DNA of 62,748 nucleotides from Stylophora pistillata (Eukaryota): NCBI RefSeq assembly GCF_002571385.2, contig NW_019218256.1, positions 12,420 to 75,167 of the forward strand, read 5' to 3'. Shown piece by piece: positions 11,749 to 27,900 of this stretch (position 1 is its first letter; each line of letters starts with the position of its first letter). The notes under the pieces were generated by a model. It saw only the letters and a program-made list of their open reading frames with translations, ran no database searches and was not told where the DNA came from. The position numbers and the translations under genes were made by a program.

Positions 11749-14131
11749 TTAAACCGAAGTCTGTCTGTAATTTGATGTGTCCAAGACTTGTTTCCCACAC
11801 ATGGCACAAATTCCTGAAAGAGACAACATCCATTGGTCATAAATTAGACAACAGGTTTGAAATGGGTGGCAAAAGATGTTAGATATAGCTCCATGACTGG
11901 TTAAGGGAACTTGCACCACATTAACCAATCAAATGTTAAACTACACCAAACTGTGACTTGGTCTCTTGTGTTCTAATTGGTCACTCTGGGTATTTCTCTT
12001 TGTTCTGCATGGCCATTGTGGATACTTTGGTTTTCGTTTTAAGACATTTCCATAAAATAGCACATGTCCCACTGACCTTGACAAATTAATAACATCCTTC
12101 CTTGCAAAACAACCAATCTCATATTTTTTCATCTCTTTTTAATCATTTACAAACACACCCTTTATACAGCCCCATTCTCCATCCTGAATACAGTTCTTGG
12201 ATAAAGAATACAATGGCAAAAACAATAGATTGCATTTGGGACTAGGACTTTGTTTACAGTGGTATGGGGTTATATCATTGGAAATCTTCCCAAATAATAA
12301 AGTAAATATTTGAAGACAATTCTCATTTTCAGATTTTAGATGTTTGAATTTCTTTTTTTTGCACTTTTTGGGGGTACAGCATGGTACAATACTGAGTCTG
12401 AAGTAATGAAAATTGAAATAGAACAATAAACAGATAAAATTGAGCCACGATTAACATTTACATGTGAAAAACACAAACAAACCTTTCTTGTATGCACAGC
12501 CTGTTGAAGTGAAAAAAAAAAATAGAAACATCAAATTACATGAAACTTGTCCACTAGGCAAATAACAGACTGACCACAATTTCCAATCATCTTTAACCTT
12601 ACTTATCAGAGAAATGATGTCAATAATTTTCAAAACTAAATTGAAACTACAAGCCACAGCTGAGTGGTTTCACTGCAAAGTTTTGAACATAATTGTTGGT
12701 ACTCTTTAAGACATCTTCAAAATTTAAAAATGTCCTCAGAAGTCTCCAGGTATGATCAGGTAGTATTTCATTCTTCTTAAAAAACCTCAAGCTTAAGATG
12801 CAGAGACATGGTTACTGGTACAAAGGAAGGTTCAAAAAGTTTAAAAGCTGAAAATGGTCCTAGAAACCACACAGAATCTTCAAGTGACATCCTTCCTCGA
12901 TCACCATCAGGGCCCAGTTGTATAGGTGGTTTGCACGTTATGTCACTGCCACCATGTTGGTGGACGTAAACAATAGATATCTCATTAGCTCTCCTTGTTC
13001 GTCCACCAGCATTTGTTCTTTTCAGCATTGTTACCTGAGTCTCTAGAGATTGGTTGCAAACCACCTATAAAGGGGAGGTAAAGTTATCCAATGGATAAAA
13101 CACCATCCAGGGGATGCATTATACCAAAATGTGCTGCACTATCCACAGAATAGCAATTAATCCTGTGGATTACATTATTCAACCTTGGACAACTGGGGCC
13201 AGGCTGCGTAATAGACAAAAAAACACTGCTCTCTAGTTGTTAAAAAAACACAAGGTCACAATAAATCTTCTTTAAGCAAGAATCCCACATACTTTGACAG
13301 TAGTGTGAATGTGCCTGATGGACAGTCTGTTTACATATTCTGCACTTATTGAAGGTTGTATATGGGTTAAATCTGAAATCAAACAAAAAAAGAGAGAACC
13401 GTCAGCTTGTCTACTGTTCAACTGACTGAGTAAATGGTGTTCTTAAGGTTTAACTATAAAATCCAATTGTTGCTTGTCAAGCTTAATTTATGAATAAATG
13501 TAACTTTGAAGTGTTTCAACCATTCTTTAAGACATAGTTAAGAGATTCATGGTATCGTTTACGCTAACCATTCCAATCATCACAATTTTGCAATGTTAGC
13601 ATTTATATCGGCCTCGAACACTAACAACAGTATGTACAACTGGACTTTCATTTCGAGTATGTGCAATCGATCCCTCACCTGTTCTTTTTTTGTGTGAGAA
13701 GCTTGTTTTCGTTAACTTTCCTTCCTCCACCCTCTAAACATTGAATGGAAAGGCAGATTATTCAATTTTAGTAAGGAAGTATCGACACAGATCAAGAAAA
13801 TCGGTCTGTCTACACACTTTTACTAAATGTTCAGCCATTCGTTTAATCTTCATGTTTAGAAGTACTCATTCTGTAATTCATGAATCGAACACTTGTCCTC
13901 AAGGTGTAGTTATGTTTATTACCTGTCGTGTTTCTTGCTCCAGATTTCCACGGATCGGGGCAAATCACTTTCCCGAGTTTTTTCTGACCTGCGTCGTGAA
14001 AGCAGTAACAACCAAATTAACAGTTGTAAAGTTCACGGAGAAAGCCCATCCTAAACCCGACTTACGTCATTATGTTAAACATCTGGCTATCAATTAGGAA
14101 ACAGAAATATCTTACATTTATCGCACACCAT
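11749..14131 (-). CDS. CRIPT: Cysteine-rich PDZ-binding protein CRIPT, 99 aa, 6 exons
   Basis: Exons 14131-14116, 13988-13923, 13733-13679, 13372-13293, 12500-12483, 11813-11749; all GT-AG and phase-consistent, total 300 nt. Protein MVCDKCQKKLGKVICPDPWKSGARNTTEGGGRKVNENKLL...CRICKQTVHQAHSHYCQSCAYKKGICAMCGKQVLDTSNYRQTSV, ending in the PDZ ligand QTSV. Confidence 0.97.
12921..13069. mobile_element. Short MITE in a CRIPT intron
   Basis: TIRs tataggtggtttgca...tgcaaaccacctata. Confidence 0.7.
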
Positions 14132-14604
14132 CTTTTGTGGAAAAAATCGTATTTCTTGTGGGGGAATTCGAAGCTTCAGTAAGATTAAGACGAAAGTGCT
14201 CTATTTGGGAAACGAAATTTAAATTACGTCATGTCAAACTACACCAAATGCATCCTAAGCCCCAGACTTCCCTCTCCCAATGTTGATGTCTCTCTGCTGA
14301 TAGTTGGGCCTTGCTAGAAACTATTGTGCCATTTTGAAATGCCAATTGAAGGAAAACATGAAATGATTACTAAAAACTTGTTTGTTTAAAAAACATTAAT
14401 GTCCAGATTAGGGTGCTACATTAGACCTCCTGTAGTCTTTCCAGTCATAAATTTGCTCCCTTTTAAAGACTACAGCACCTCTATTCTAGGGGTTAGGGGT
14501 AGGAGTGGGGGAAAGGGTAGGGCGTGAGGGTTAAAGTTATGATGTCACATCCTGTATATGCTACATTCTGTAAAGAAGCAAGGGGGCTGATTCAGTTTAA
14601 AACC

Positions 14605-14756
14605 CTGGCCCTGGTTGTTCAAATGTTGGATAGTGCTGCCCACTGGATTATTCACTATCTAGTGGATAAGTACTGGGACAGCTTATTCCACCATCCACTG
14701 GATATACATTTATCTGGTGGGTAGCCCTATCCAGCCTTGGAACAACCGAGGCCAGT
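14605..14756. mobile_element. Palindromic MITE (ctggcc...gttgttc family); related partial copy at ~13080-13203
   Basis: Ends ctggccctggttgttc / gaacaaccgaggccag, with internal ggata/tatcc symmetry. Confidence 0.65.
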
Positions 14757-15553
14757 TTGGTAAATTCATGAATTACTCTTGAAGTTAATCCAGCATTTTT
14801 CTTACAGTTACAGTTTTGTTTCAATTTGACGATTGATTTCTCTAAGAGGATAATGTTTGTCTGGAAATTGGCAACATTAGTAATTGTAATTGGGCAATGG
14901 TGGCATTTGGTACTATTGACTGTCCTCTTATTATCATTGACAAACCAGCCTAAACTCTTGTATTTCAAAATCCAGTCTGGCAAATTAATAGTCCTGGTTA
15001 ATCCAGTTTTGTGCATACAGTTTTGTAACAGTTTGAAGAATCAAAACCATTAGGACTATTAAGATTCTAGTCACACCTTAAAAGAAGAATGCTTGTCTTT
15101 TTAGTGATTTTATTGAATTGTAAGTGCTGGTATGATGTTCTGCAACAAAGTTAGAATGTTTTGCTTCCAAGTTATGTAACATTTTTCATTGAACAAGTTT
15201 CTTTTTATTTCAATATTACACTTTAATCCAAATACATGTGTGACAGTTTGGTATCATTAAGTAGGTGCTGTAGTGAACCTGCTCTAAGCAAATTCTCACT
15301 TTGAAAGATCTTGACATGCCTCAACACAAAAAAGGAATGCAAACCTTAATTTATTTACTTTTGGAACACCAATAAATTTGAAGTTCTCACTGCATTGAAC
15401 TGATTAACTCTTGAAGTGGTGGAACATTTCTATAAGAGCAGTTAACCTCAGTGTGGTGTCACACCTAGACATCTTCCCAGTCATCCACATCCAAAGGAGT
15501 TTTATGGACTTGTCTCAAACTTCAAAAAAGTATTATTTTGTGGTGTGAAATTC

Positions 15554-18500
15554 CTAGAATCCCAGGCGTTTAAGCAGTGTAAAAACTTCATCTTTGTAAC
15601 TTCCTCGTATTATTACTTGGCTTGTTAGTTCATTTCATGAGGTTATAATATCATTTCCGAGATGACTTTTCAGACATTCTTCTAATGCCTAGCAAGGAAA
15701 CAAGGAAATGAACACTGATGATATTTTAGACTCATTTAGAACACTATTCAATGAATTACATAAATACTAAGGACATGATTACAATTTAATTATTGCAATG
15801 TGAGTAAATAATGTAATTTATCTAAAAAGAAACAGGTTCTAAATTACCAGATGTTAGCATCTCTGACTCTTTTAATAAAGTTGTTTTCTATTCATGTCAT
15901 TTCTCAAATCATTTTATCGCTCATTATTCAATCCCTAAATTGTAATGGATCAGGAAGATTTTGTCAAGGTAACATACAAGTTTATGAACTACCAACAAAA
16001 TCAATCATGCAGTTAAACAAAAAAATTTAGTGGAGTTGAAAAAATACCTTAACTACTCAATGCCTTCATCTTTTACTTCACTGAATTGAAGTACATTAGG
16101 CTTTTCAACAGCTTTGTATAATAGTGGGTCATTTGTGCAATGACCCTGAGAAATATTCTAATGACTGATACTCAAGTAATTACCTTTAGATCTCCTTTGA
16201 CCCTCTTTATTATTGTTAACTTGCGAGTTCCTCCACTTCTATAATCTGTATATACTGGAATGTTATTGTATTTGCTTCTTTTAATGGAGAAAGGCAAGTC
16301 TGGCTTTTCTGAAAGATACAGAGAAAGGTGAGTGTACTTGGGGAATTAATGCACCTATCAATGGTTTGCCCCAGGATGGGGGGAGGGGACAAGCCACCCA
16401 TGGGAAATTGACAGAGAGGAACCCCCTTAGGTAGGAATTTAGATATCTACACACTTCCTCTGGGTAAGAAATTTGACCTGACTGAGTGACATTAAACACT
16501 AAGAGTGACTAGCATACATACATACATACGTTAATTGACCACTCCCCATGGGGGCTTTTCAGGGCCAATTCCCACCCATCATACCCCAGGGGAGGACGTC
16601 CACTATACAGTAATCTCGTGCGTGGGAAATTAACGTCTCCTACCCCTAACCCTGCAGGAGACGAGATCTATGGCTTTACGTTTTATCTGAGAAGACGAAG
16701 CAATGTGAGTGAAGCGTCTTGTTTAAGGACACAACGTCATCCCCCATCCAGGACTTGAACCCGGGCCAACTGACCCAGAGTCCACTCCACTGACCACTGG
16801 ACTACTCACGGGACTTACCCCTTCTAGTGAAATTAAGTTATTTTAATGTTTTCCTAGCCTCTTCAATGATTATTCCCTTCATCTTCAGAGCAAAACTTAT
16901 TCAAGGTTTGAGATTGACATAACCAGTAGTAATGGGCGCCTGACTTAACCTAAGAATCTCAGCATTTAAGGAAAAACAGTTGTAAAAACATTTTCGCTAC
17001 AGTTGTTTAAATCTAACACAAATGAAACGGTCTTTTAAGTGCGTTCTATAATCTGCGCATTTTGAAATCACGTATACAATGTTTTATAACTCCTAATACT
17101 TGTCGCTTTAAAACCAAAGCCGAAAGCCTTTTATCAGTACCCTTCAAGGGTGAAAACTTGAAAGCATTTCTTTCCACTCACAAAGCGTTTCGGAAAGGGG
17201 CAAAGAAAGGCTCTCTTTGTAGGAGACCGTCATATTTAGTACACTTAGTAAATCTTTTATTCCACAAATGGAATTTCATTTTTGCAAGAGGTGTCTCATT
17301 ATCATCCATTATCTATCAACGCCAGCGATGATTGCTCGCTCATTTGAGCTTGAACGTACCCTCTCCACTCTTGTTCATTGTTTTTCTAGTTGTCCGCTGT
17401 TTTCCAAAAGTGCAGATTGGATTGTGATTCAGCGCTATTCAGTAAAGCCTCCACCTTTTTTGTCTTCAGTCACTTTACAGACGAGTGCAAAACATTTACA
17501 TTCGGCGTAACAATAGCTCTAGATCTGCGGTTTGAAGTTCCATTAGTTTTTGTGCCCTATGTGGCTATAAAGTTAATTGCCTCCACACAAAAAATCGACT
17601 CTTCGTGCCTGTTTATAGAACACCAAGTACTTGTAATTGTTAACGTCATCTGTGTAATGGCCAAGCTAATTGCTTCCAAGGCTGACTTATAAAAGCTATT
17701 ATAACATAACCAAAGTAAAGCGCGCGCTCTGATTGGTCAATTTAGCGTCTCCCATTTGCCCATGGGTGTACGCTGCTGACGTGAGCAAATGCAAAGACTA
17801 TTTTCCGCCCCCGCTTGTTTTTTCTGGTCACGTAAGATTTGTTAAATAAAAGGGAACTCTTTAGCTACAATGTATCAATGTTATGTTATAAAACAAATGG
17901 TAAACACCACANNNNNNNNNNNNNNNNNNNAACCTCCCAAGTGCATCCATAACTCAATAGTGTACGCTGTGGTGTTTACCATTTGTTTTATAACATAACA
18001 TTGATACATTGTAGCTAAAGAGTTCCCTTTTATTTAACAAATCTTACGTGACCAGAAAAAACAAGCGCGCGCGGAAAATAGTCTTTGCATTTGCTCACGT
18101 CAGCAGCGTACACCCATGGGCAAATGGGGGACGCTAATTTGACCAATCAGAGTGCGCGCTTTACTTTGGTTATGTTATAATACTAATTAAGGTCAGGAAA
18201 ATAAAAGAAATGATCACCAATTAAAGAAGCTCTTGATTGTTGAACAAATTCTCTCTATCAACACTTAAAGAAATATACAGAGAACAGCCTGTAGAATATG
18301 CATACTGATGGTGCATGACAGGGTGGAAAGGATTAAGGAAGAGAACTAGGCACATTTCAACGCACAATTGCTAAACTGAACAAAAAATCCTAACCAGTAG
18401 CAGGAGGAACCCATCCACTGGGTGATGCTTCAATCTGTTTAAGTCTCTCTGGCTTGAATTCATAGCTAATTCTATCCGTGTGAACCAATCTTCTGAAATA

Positions 18501-18680
18501 ATAAAGCGTACACTGAAAAAAAAGTGAATGAAAGAAATAAGTAAATAAAATTCTGCAAAAACAAATAAATACGATCTTAACCTTAGCTGGTCCTATTGCA
18601 GTTGGAGATTGAAGAGCTGGATTTGAAGAAATAAAAGATCTGCAAACTTTACTCATTGCAGTAGCTAAGGAGGCCGCCAT
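15554..18680 (-). CDS. MRPL49: Mitochondrial ribosomal protein L49 (mL49), 4 exons, with an in-frame TGA at 15637-15635
   Basis: Exons 18680-18582, 18512-18395, 16308-16184, 15688-15554 (477 nt, phase-consistent). It has a presequence-like N-terminus (MAASLATAMSKVCRSF), then PSGWVPP...LPFSIKRSKYNNIPVYTDYRSGGTRKLTIIKRVKGDLKALEECL...ITS*NELTSQVIIRG...LLKRLGF, which parallels human PSGWQPP..LPYFVRRSRMHNIPVY..VNEVTGTLRIKG..EKGF. Confidence 0.93.
16512..16815 (-). mobile_element. tRNA-derived SINE with (ATGT)n tail in MRPL49 intron 2
   Basis: The minus strand shows A-box-like tagtccagtgg and B-box ggttcaagtcc at the 5' end, and a catacatacat repeat at the 3' end. Confidence 0.6.
17697..18180. repeat. 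~215-bp inverted repeat around a 19-N gap (ends of a palindromic element, or a misassembly)
   Basis: 17697-17911 is the near-exact reverse complement of 17968-18182, with a few mismatches. Confidence 0.75.
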
Positions 18681-18848
18681 CTTTAAACACTGGTAAAGAC
18701 CACATATCTGTAGAAACATTGATTACACGGCTGACATTCTTATCGCAGGCTCTATTCCCAGTGATCATTTCGCGCCATGCGTCAAATGAATGCGCATTGC
18801 GTTTTACCTTCCTTTTCGTAAATTTGGTTGCACCACCACGTGTAATCG
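18681..18848. promoter_or_regulatory. Bidirectional MRPL49/FAU promoter, with the FAU 5'TOP initiator and non-coding exon 1
   Basis: Pyrimidine tract ccttccttttc at 18807-18817, followed by donor cg|gtaaga at 18848. A YY1-like aagatggcggc overlaps the MRPL49 ATG. Confidence 0.75.
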
Positions 18849-18967
18849 GTAAGAACGATGGGATAAATTCGCTTTATTTACATCAATGGGAGTCCATTAG
18901 TGAGTTTTCTATCAGGAAAATGTATTGAATAATTATTGCTGTTTCTTTTGGCGATAGATTATTCAAG

Positions 18968-22633
<3,666 letters not shown>

Positions 22634-22737
22634 AGTGCTATGGTAGTTGGAATTTCAGTCATGTAAATGGTGCTTTCTCATCAATAAAATATTGTACCAT
22701 AACTATGCACTGGTTTGTTTTGTCATTGGTAATACTT

Positions 22738-23182
22738 TTAATAATCTACTTGAAAAAATTTCTCAGTTCTGATTGGTTAAGATGAATGCAGTTTTCAGTT
22801 AATTCAGTGCAGAAGAGAATTAATTCAGTGCAGAAGAGGGTTAATTGAGTGCAAAGAAAAAAACAAACCAGACATTCTGATTTGTTAGAATGATTGGTCA
22901 ATGTCAAAGTCGGTGTCACTTGCAGGGTTTGAATAAATTATTTTTGCACGTGCTTTTCTTCTGCGTAGTTATGAGAAGCTACCTCGTACTTTTTCATGTA
23001 TATTATTAATAGATAATCGCATGATTTTCTCATGCAATTTGGAACAAATAAGCACTTAATTTTTATCAGACCACAAATTCCACTCACCCTACCGGCTCAT
23101 GCAATTTTGTTAGTCTTTGAAATAATTTACTCATGCTTGTTTATTCCAAATTGCTCTCGAAATCATGCGATTACCAATACAT
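22738..23182. mobile_element. Hairpin-terminated non-autonomous element (Crypton-like, inferred)
   Basis: Starts with a ctgattggtt motif; terminal inverted repeat taatcgcatgattt...aaatcatgcgatta. Confidence 0.5.
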
Positions 23183-24977
23183 AGAAAATGATAGTCTTTA
23201 TTTGGTGTGAAAATGTCCTTGAATTATGCCAGAGAATAAATTGACAAGAAGGCTTGTGTTTTACTAATCTCACAAGTATTTTGTGCAGTGCAGGGGTTCA
23301 AGCATTCACAGGATGCTTCTCAAAGACCCAAAATGGGTAACCTAGTCACAAGTTTCTTTGGTTGTACACCTGCAGTTTTTATTCACAGTTTCCCATGTCT
23401 CCACAAGGAAAGCCTGTGACTATGATGCTGATTTGGCAACCAGATAAAAAAAAAAAAAAAGGAACCACTTGCATGATAATACAAAGTTGCAGTCAGTGTT
23501 AACAAATGATTGAGACTTCAGCAATTCCAATTAAATACAGACCTGAGTTAAATATACCAGGGGCAAACAGACTTACGACAATGTGATAAGGATCTTAAGA
23601 TTTAAGATAAGTGGTTTAATCTAGCTTACAGAGCAGGAATCTTGGTGGGGAGAGTGAGAGTTACAAGCCCACAATAGTTCATTTGACTGCCCATGTTTGA
23701 TTTAGAGTTGGGAGTGTATTGTGGGGAGGAGAGAGGACAGTGGAGATAACTGAAGACCTTAGCAGAACATGAGGGTAACCAGCAGACTCGTATCTAGAGC
23801 TGAAAATGTTATGTAAGCTCACCCATATTTAAAGAACATTTTCCATGACCAGACATGACACGAAATGTTTCCTGAAAAAAAAATGTAAATATTAGCCAGC
23901 TTCCATATAGAATGGCTGTTGATGACTTATACTTTGTAAAACCACATGTTGGCCTGCATTATCCAGAACTGCGAATAAGTACTATGCAATTTCAGTGAAA
24001 GTTTGTGGGAAGATCTGCATGCAGTGACAGGTTATTAATGAGAAAGGTGGGAATAATAACTAATTTGGTAAAAATAAAAAACCACAGAAGACATACAAGT
24101 AAACATCCTCCACAAACTACCTTTATTTGCAGTCAACAATGTAGCCATGAAAAAGTTTTGCCAAAAAGTGGTGCTCATGCCCCCTTAATTTTTCCTATAT
24201 ATGGCTAAAGTACTTATTTGCTTACCTAAAGTGATAACTTATATCATACAGTGACTACATGTATTTCGATCCATAAATTTCATAGTTTTCCCTTTAAATT
24301 ATTTAATTACTTGTTCTTATTCAAAATATGTTAACTATCGCTTCCCTACCAGTAAATCGTGGCCTGTTTTATTTGCTTTTGACCAGTTTCTGACAACATC
24401 AAAGGCTGTTATAGACTGGTCAATTATTAAATATAAAAAGCCTTACAATTATAGCTTACGATTAAATGTTGTAACATACCGAGAACAAAATATGAATTGC
24501 AGGACTGAAACTAGATTGTCCAGAGACATACTCATTTGTTGCCAAACTTCAGCAAACTAGCACAAGACTCTCTTACAAAAAATGAGTCTGTAAACAGACT
24601 AGATTGAATGCCCATTTACTGGGTATCAGATGAATTTCCATTTGCAACAGAAACAGAATTATAATACAATTAATATTGGCATGAGATAGCTGAGTGGATT
24701 TCTAGGAGTTGTCAGTGCAACTGTTAGATATGTATTCAGTTTTTTAAACTTCAAAACTATTAATGTTTTCCTTACCTAAGGCACATGGCTAATTGAGTTC
24801 GAAACCATCTTGGTACAAAATGTTAATTACAAGATAAATGCAAGTTAAAAATGTAAGCCAAATGGGCAGATTTTACAGGGCTACTGATCCCAAGTTCTAG
24901 TTATCTTGCAATGAAATCTGCCAATAAGTTGAAAATTAGATATAAATTATTTCTAAATTCATCAGTAATTTATATAT

Positions 24978-27900
24978 TTAATAACAACAAGAGCTCCGTG
25001 GAAGAACTTCACTTTTAGTGTCCAAGAGTACTGCATTGGATCCAATCTCACCAGCAGAAGAGAGTCTTCTTCCATTCTAAAGAAAAAATAACAAGATCAG
25101 TTACACTCTTCAAGGAATTACAGAATGTGAAATTTAATCATTCATAAATAAACAATACAGTTAGGCTTAGTGGTGAACAACTGACAGAACAAATCCTTGT
25201 TCTAATGCATGTAGGGATTATGAGTGAGAGCAAATTCAACTTGAGTCTTGAAGTAATTTAAGATTACAATACATGTCCTTCTGCTTGAATTTGCCCTTTG
25301 ATTGGTCAGGAAAACTGGATTCACCATCTTAATAACACGGATGCAACCCATTGATGGAAACCAATCATACCTCGAGGTATTGTGTTTTCACCCACTATGG
25401 ATAGTTTGCTTGTTTTACAAGATCCGGAAACATTGCACTTTCTAAGCTGAAGAACTTTTACCTGGTCAGGCACATCCATTGTTTGTAAAATTTGTCGGCA
25501 TATTTCTGTGAAGGCCTAAAAAGAAAAGCAGAGAAAGATGCTGTGGAGAAGTAATGGGTTGGTTTACCTCTTGCTTAAATCTCTTTTAAAAGAAAATTAA
25601 AATGAATTACACTAGAAATAAAAATGGCAGTTGCTGTACAATTAATTGACATTTAGCAGGTATTAGGCTCTTACCTCATCTATATTTATATCGGACTGTG
25701 CACTTGTTTCATAGAACTTAATATTTTTTTCTGCAGCAAGCTGAAAAGTAAAATTCCAAGGCCTGGTAAACGTTTGTGTTAAGAGAGAGTGTCAGTATTG
25801 GAAAATTACAGTTTATGGATCCACCGTTACATGTAAGAGTTCTTTTTTTCTAAAAAAATAATTTAAGACAACTGTGTTTTTTTTTATGCTGTACATAAAA
25901 TTTCAATCTTCTTGCTTTCATATCAATATGTTCTTGATAATTAATTAGTTGTACATCATATACTTAATTTTACTTTTGTTCCCAATTTTCTGATACATAA
26001 TATTTTTAGCCAATTTGTTAACTCAATACCTTCATTTCACAATTAATTTACATATATTATTTTGCTAACTCAACACACTAGCTGTACATGCTAGGAGCCT
26101 AGCAAGCTCCAATTGATCAAGTATAAATAAAGTTGTTTTTGTTGTTGTTGTTGTGACCCTCTCTCTTTTAGCCCTCTCTTCCTTACTGCACACAGTGTTA
26201 GAGGTTTAATTTAGATGCACAACTGTAGAAAAAAAATGCAAGACCTGGAAGAAACACATAAGAGAAAAACTTTTGGGAAGTCCAAATTACCAACAATTCT
26301 ATTTCCTGATGTTTGCCAAGATGACTAACATCTTTAACTCTTATGAGTGACCAAGACAGAATTTCTCCTTACAATTATATCAAGCAGACAAGTAGTGAGG
26401 GGAAAAAAATAAATAAATTAGGAGATTTTTAGTTGATCCAGTACCAAAATCTCCCAACTAAAATCATAAGAATTGTAAAGCAGGCAGTTTGAAGAATTAC
26501 TGATGAGATCTTGGAAGAGGAAGGGTCAAGTGATCTCAGTTTCCTCGCATTAAATGAATTAGAGAATTGCTACTTACAATGGATAGGACTCTAATCTATG
26601 GCACCCCACCCCTTCCATCCTCTCCCCTCTCCTCTCCCCCTACATTTTTTCAGGTTACCCAGACTGTTTTCTATAATTCATTTACACTCTCCTTTTCTCT
26701 ACCACTTATTAAATAAATGTAATAATGTAAAACTATCAAAGGATACCAACCCTTGCTCCTTGATCCTTCCAAACCATTCTTTCATCTTCGGCATCACATT
26801 TATTTGCCAGTAGCAGTCTCTGAACATTGTTGTTAGCATGCTAAGAAAAGGAAATGACCTCTTAACCAAGGCATACCAACCTTATCACTTTTAAACAAGT
26901 TGAAGGTGGACAAACAGTCAGGAAAATTCCCTTAACACTCACCTCATCAACATATCTCAGCCATTTTCTAATATTATTAAATGTTTCCTGTCTTGTTATA
27001 TCATACACTAGAATTATCCCCTACAAAAAAAAAGAACATTTAAGGAAATTAATTCAAAATTATTGACACAAATTGACATAAGAAATATAAACTGAAAGTC
27101 ATCTGGTATCCAGAGCTCACAAATCTGAAAAGTTCACACTCAAGTCAACAAGTCCTTTTGAAAGTGCTCACCATTACAATTATTCCCTGTTGAATATTTA
27201 TTGATTAAATTCCTTAACTCCCAAGATCTAATTGTAAGTGCCCCTATTACATGAGTTTCTGTTCATTGTTTGATTCGGTAAATAATCTTTAAAGTCATAC
27301 TGGGTGGCTAGTCATACGCTCTTAAGTGTAATTCAATACAAGTCATTTGATGAAAGGCCCTTTATCAGTTTTTTGGTAAGCACTCGTGCTCATAAGGAAA
27401 GAAATTAGTAAAGGAAAGTAAGGAAAGGTTTAATCAATATCAACTCTTGCCAGATCCAGCAATAATGTAAGTTTGATTTACCTGAAACATTTCTTAATCT
27501 ATTTGCGTGTCTCTAATTTCTTAAATTAATTTTTAGTTTCACAGTATAATACAATAATAAAGAAGGAGGCGTTCCCAAAGAAGTTTGGTGTGGTACATTG
27601 CATTTATTAGTGGATTTTGTGCAGTCCAGCTAGTGGTGGAGAAGCGCCACTATACTGTTGTTAATTCTCTCATCTAGCTGCTACACATTTCCTTTTAACT
27701 TAGTTACAAGAATCTGGTATTGGATCAAGATAAAAATTTCTATCTAATACCTTTGAGTATTCTCATTACTTGTTTGTTGGATAAGTTATGGATATTACAG
27801 GGAAAAGTTACATGTTAATCACTCCTGGAAGTTAAAAGGTTTGAAATGTAGCAAACAAAGATCACCTAATAGTGGATTTTCAGTGGTATGTATCATGTAT

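Noticed and set aside
14648-15053. PIGF (CRIPT's human neighbour) or another CDS upstream of CRIPT
   Set aside because: The ORFs show no PIGF motifs or credible exon chain. The region lies downstream of MRPL49 and overlaps a MITE.
17697-18180. Regulatory dsRNA hairpin in MRPL49 intron 2
   Set aside because: It is centred on an N-gap and made of repeat sequence, so it cannot be distinguished from element ends or a misassembly.
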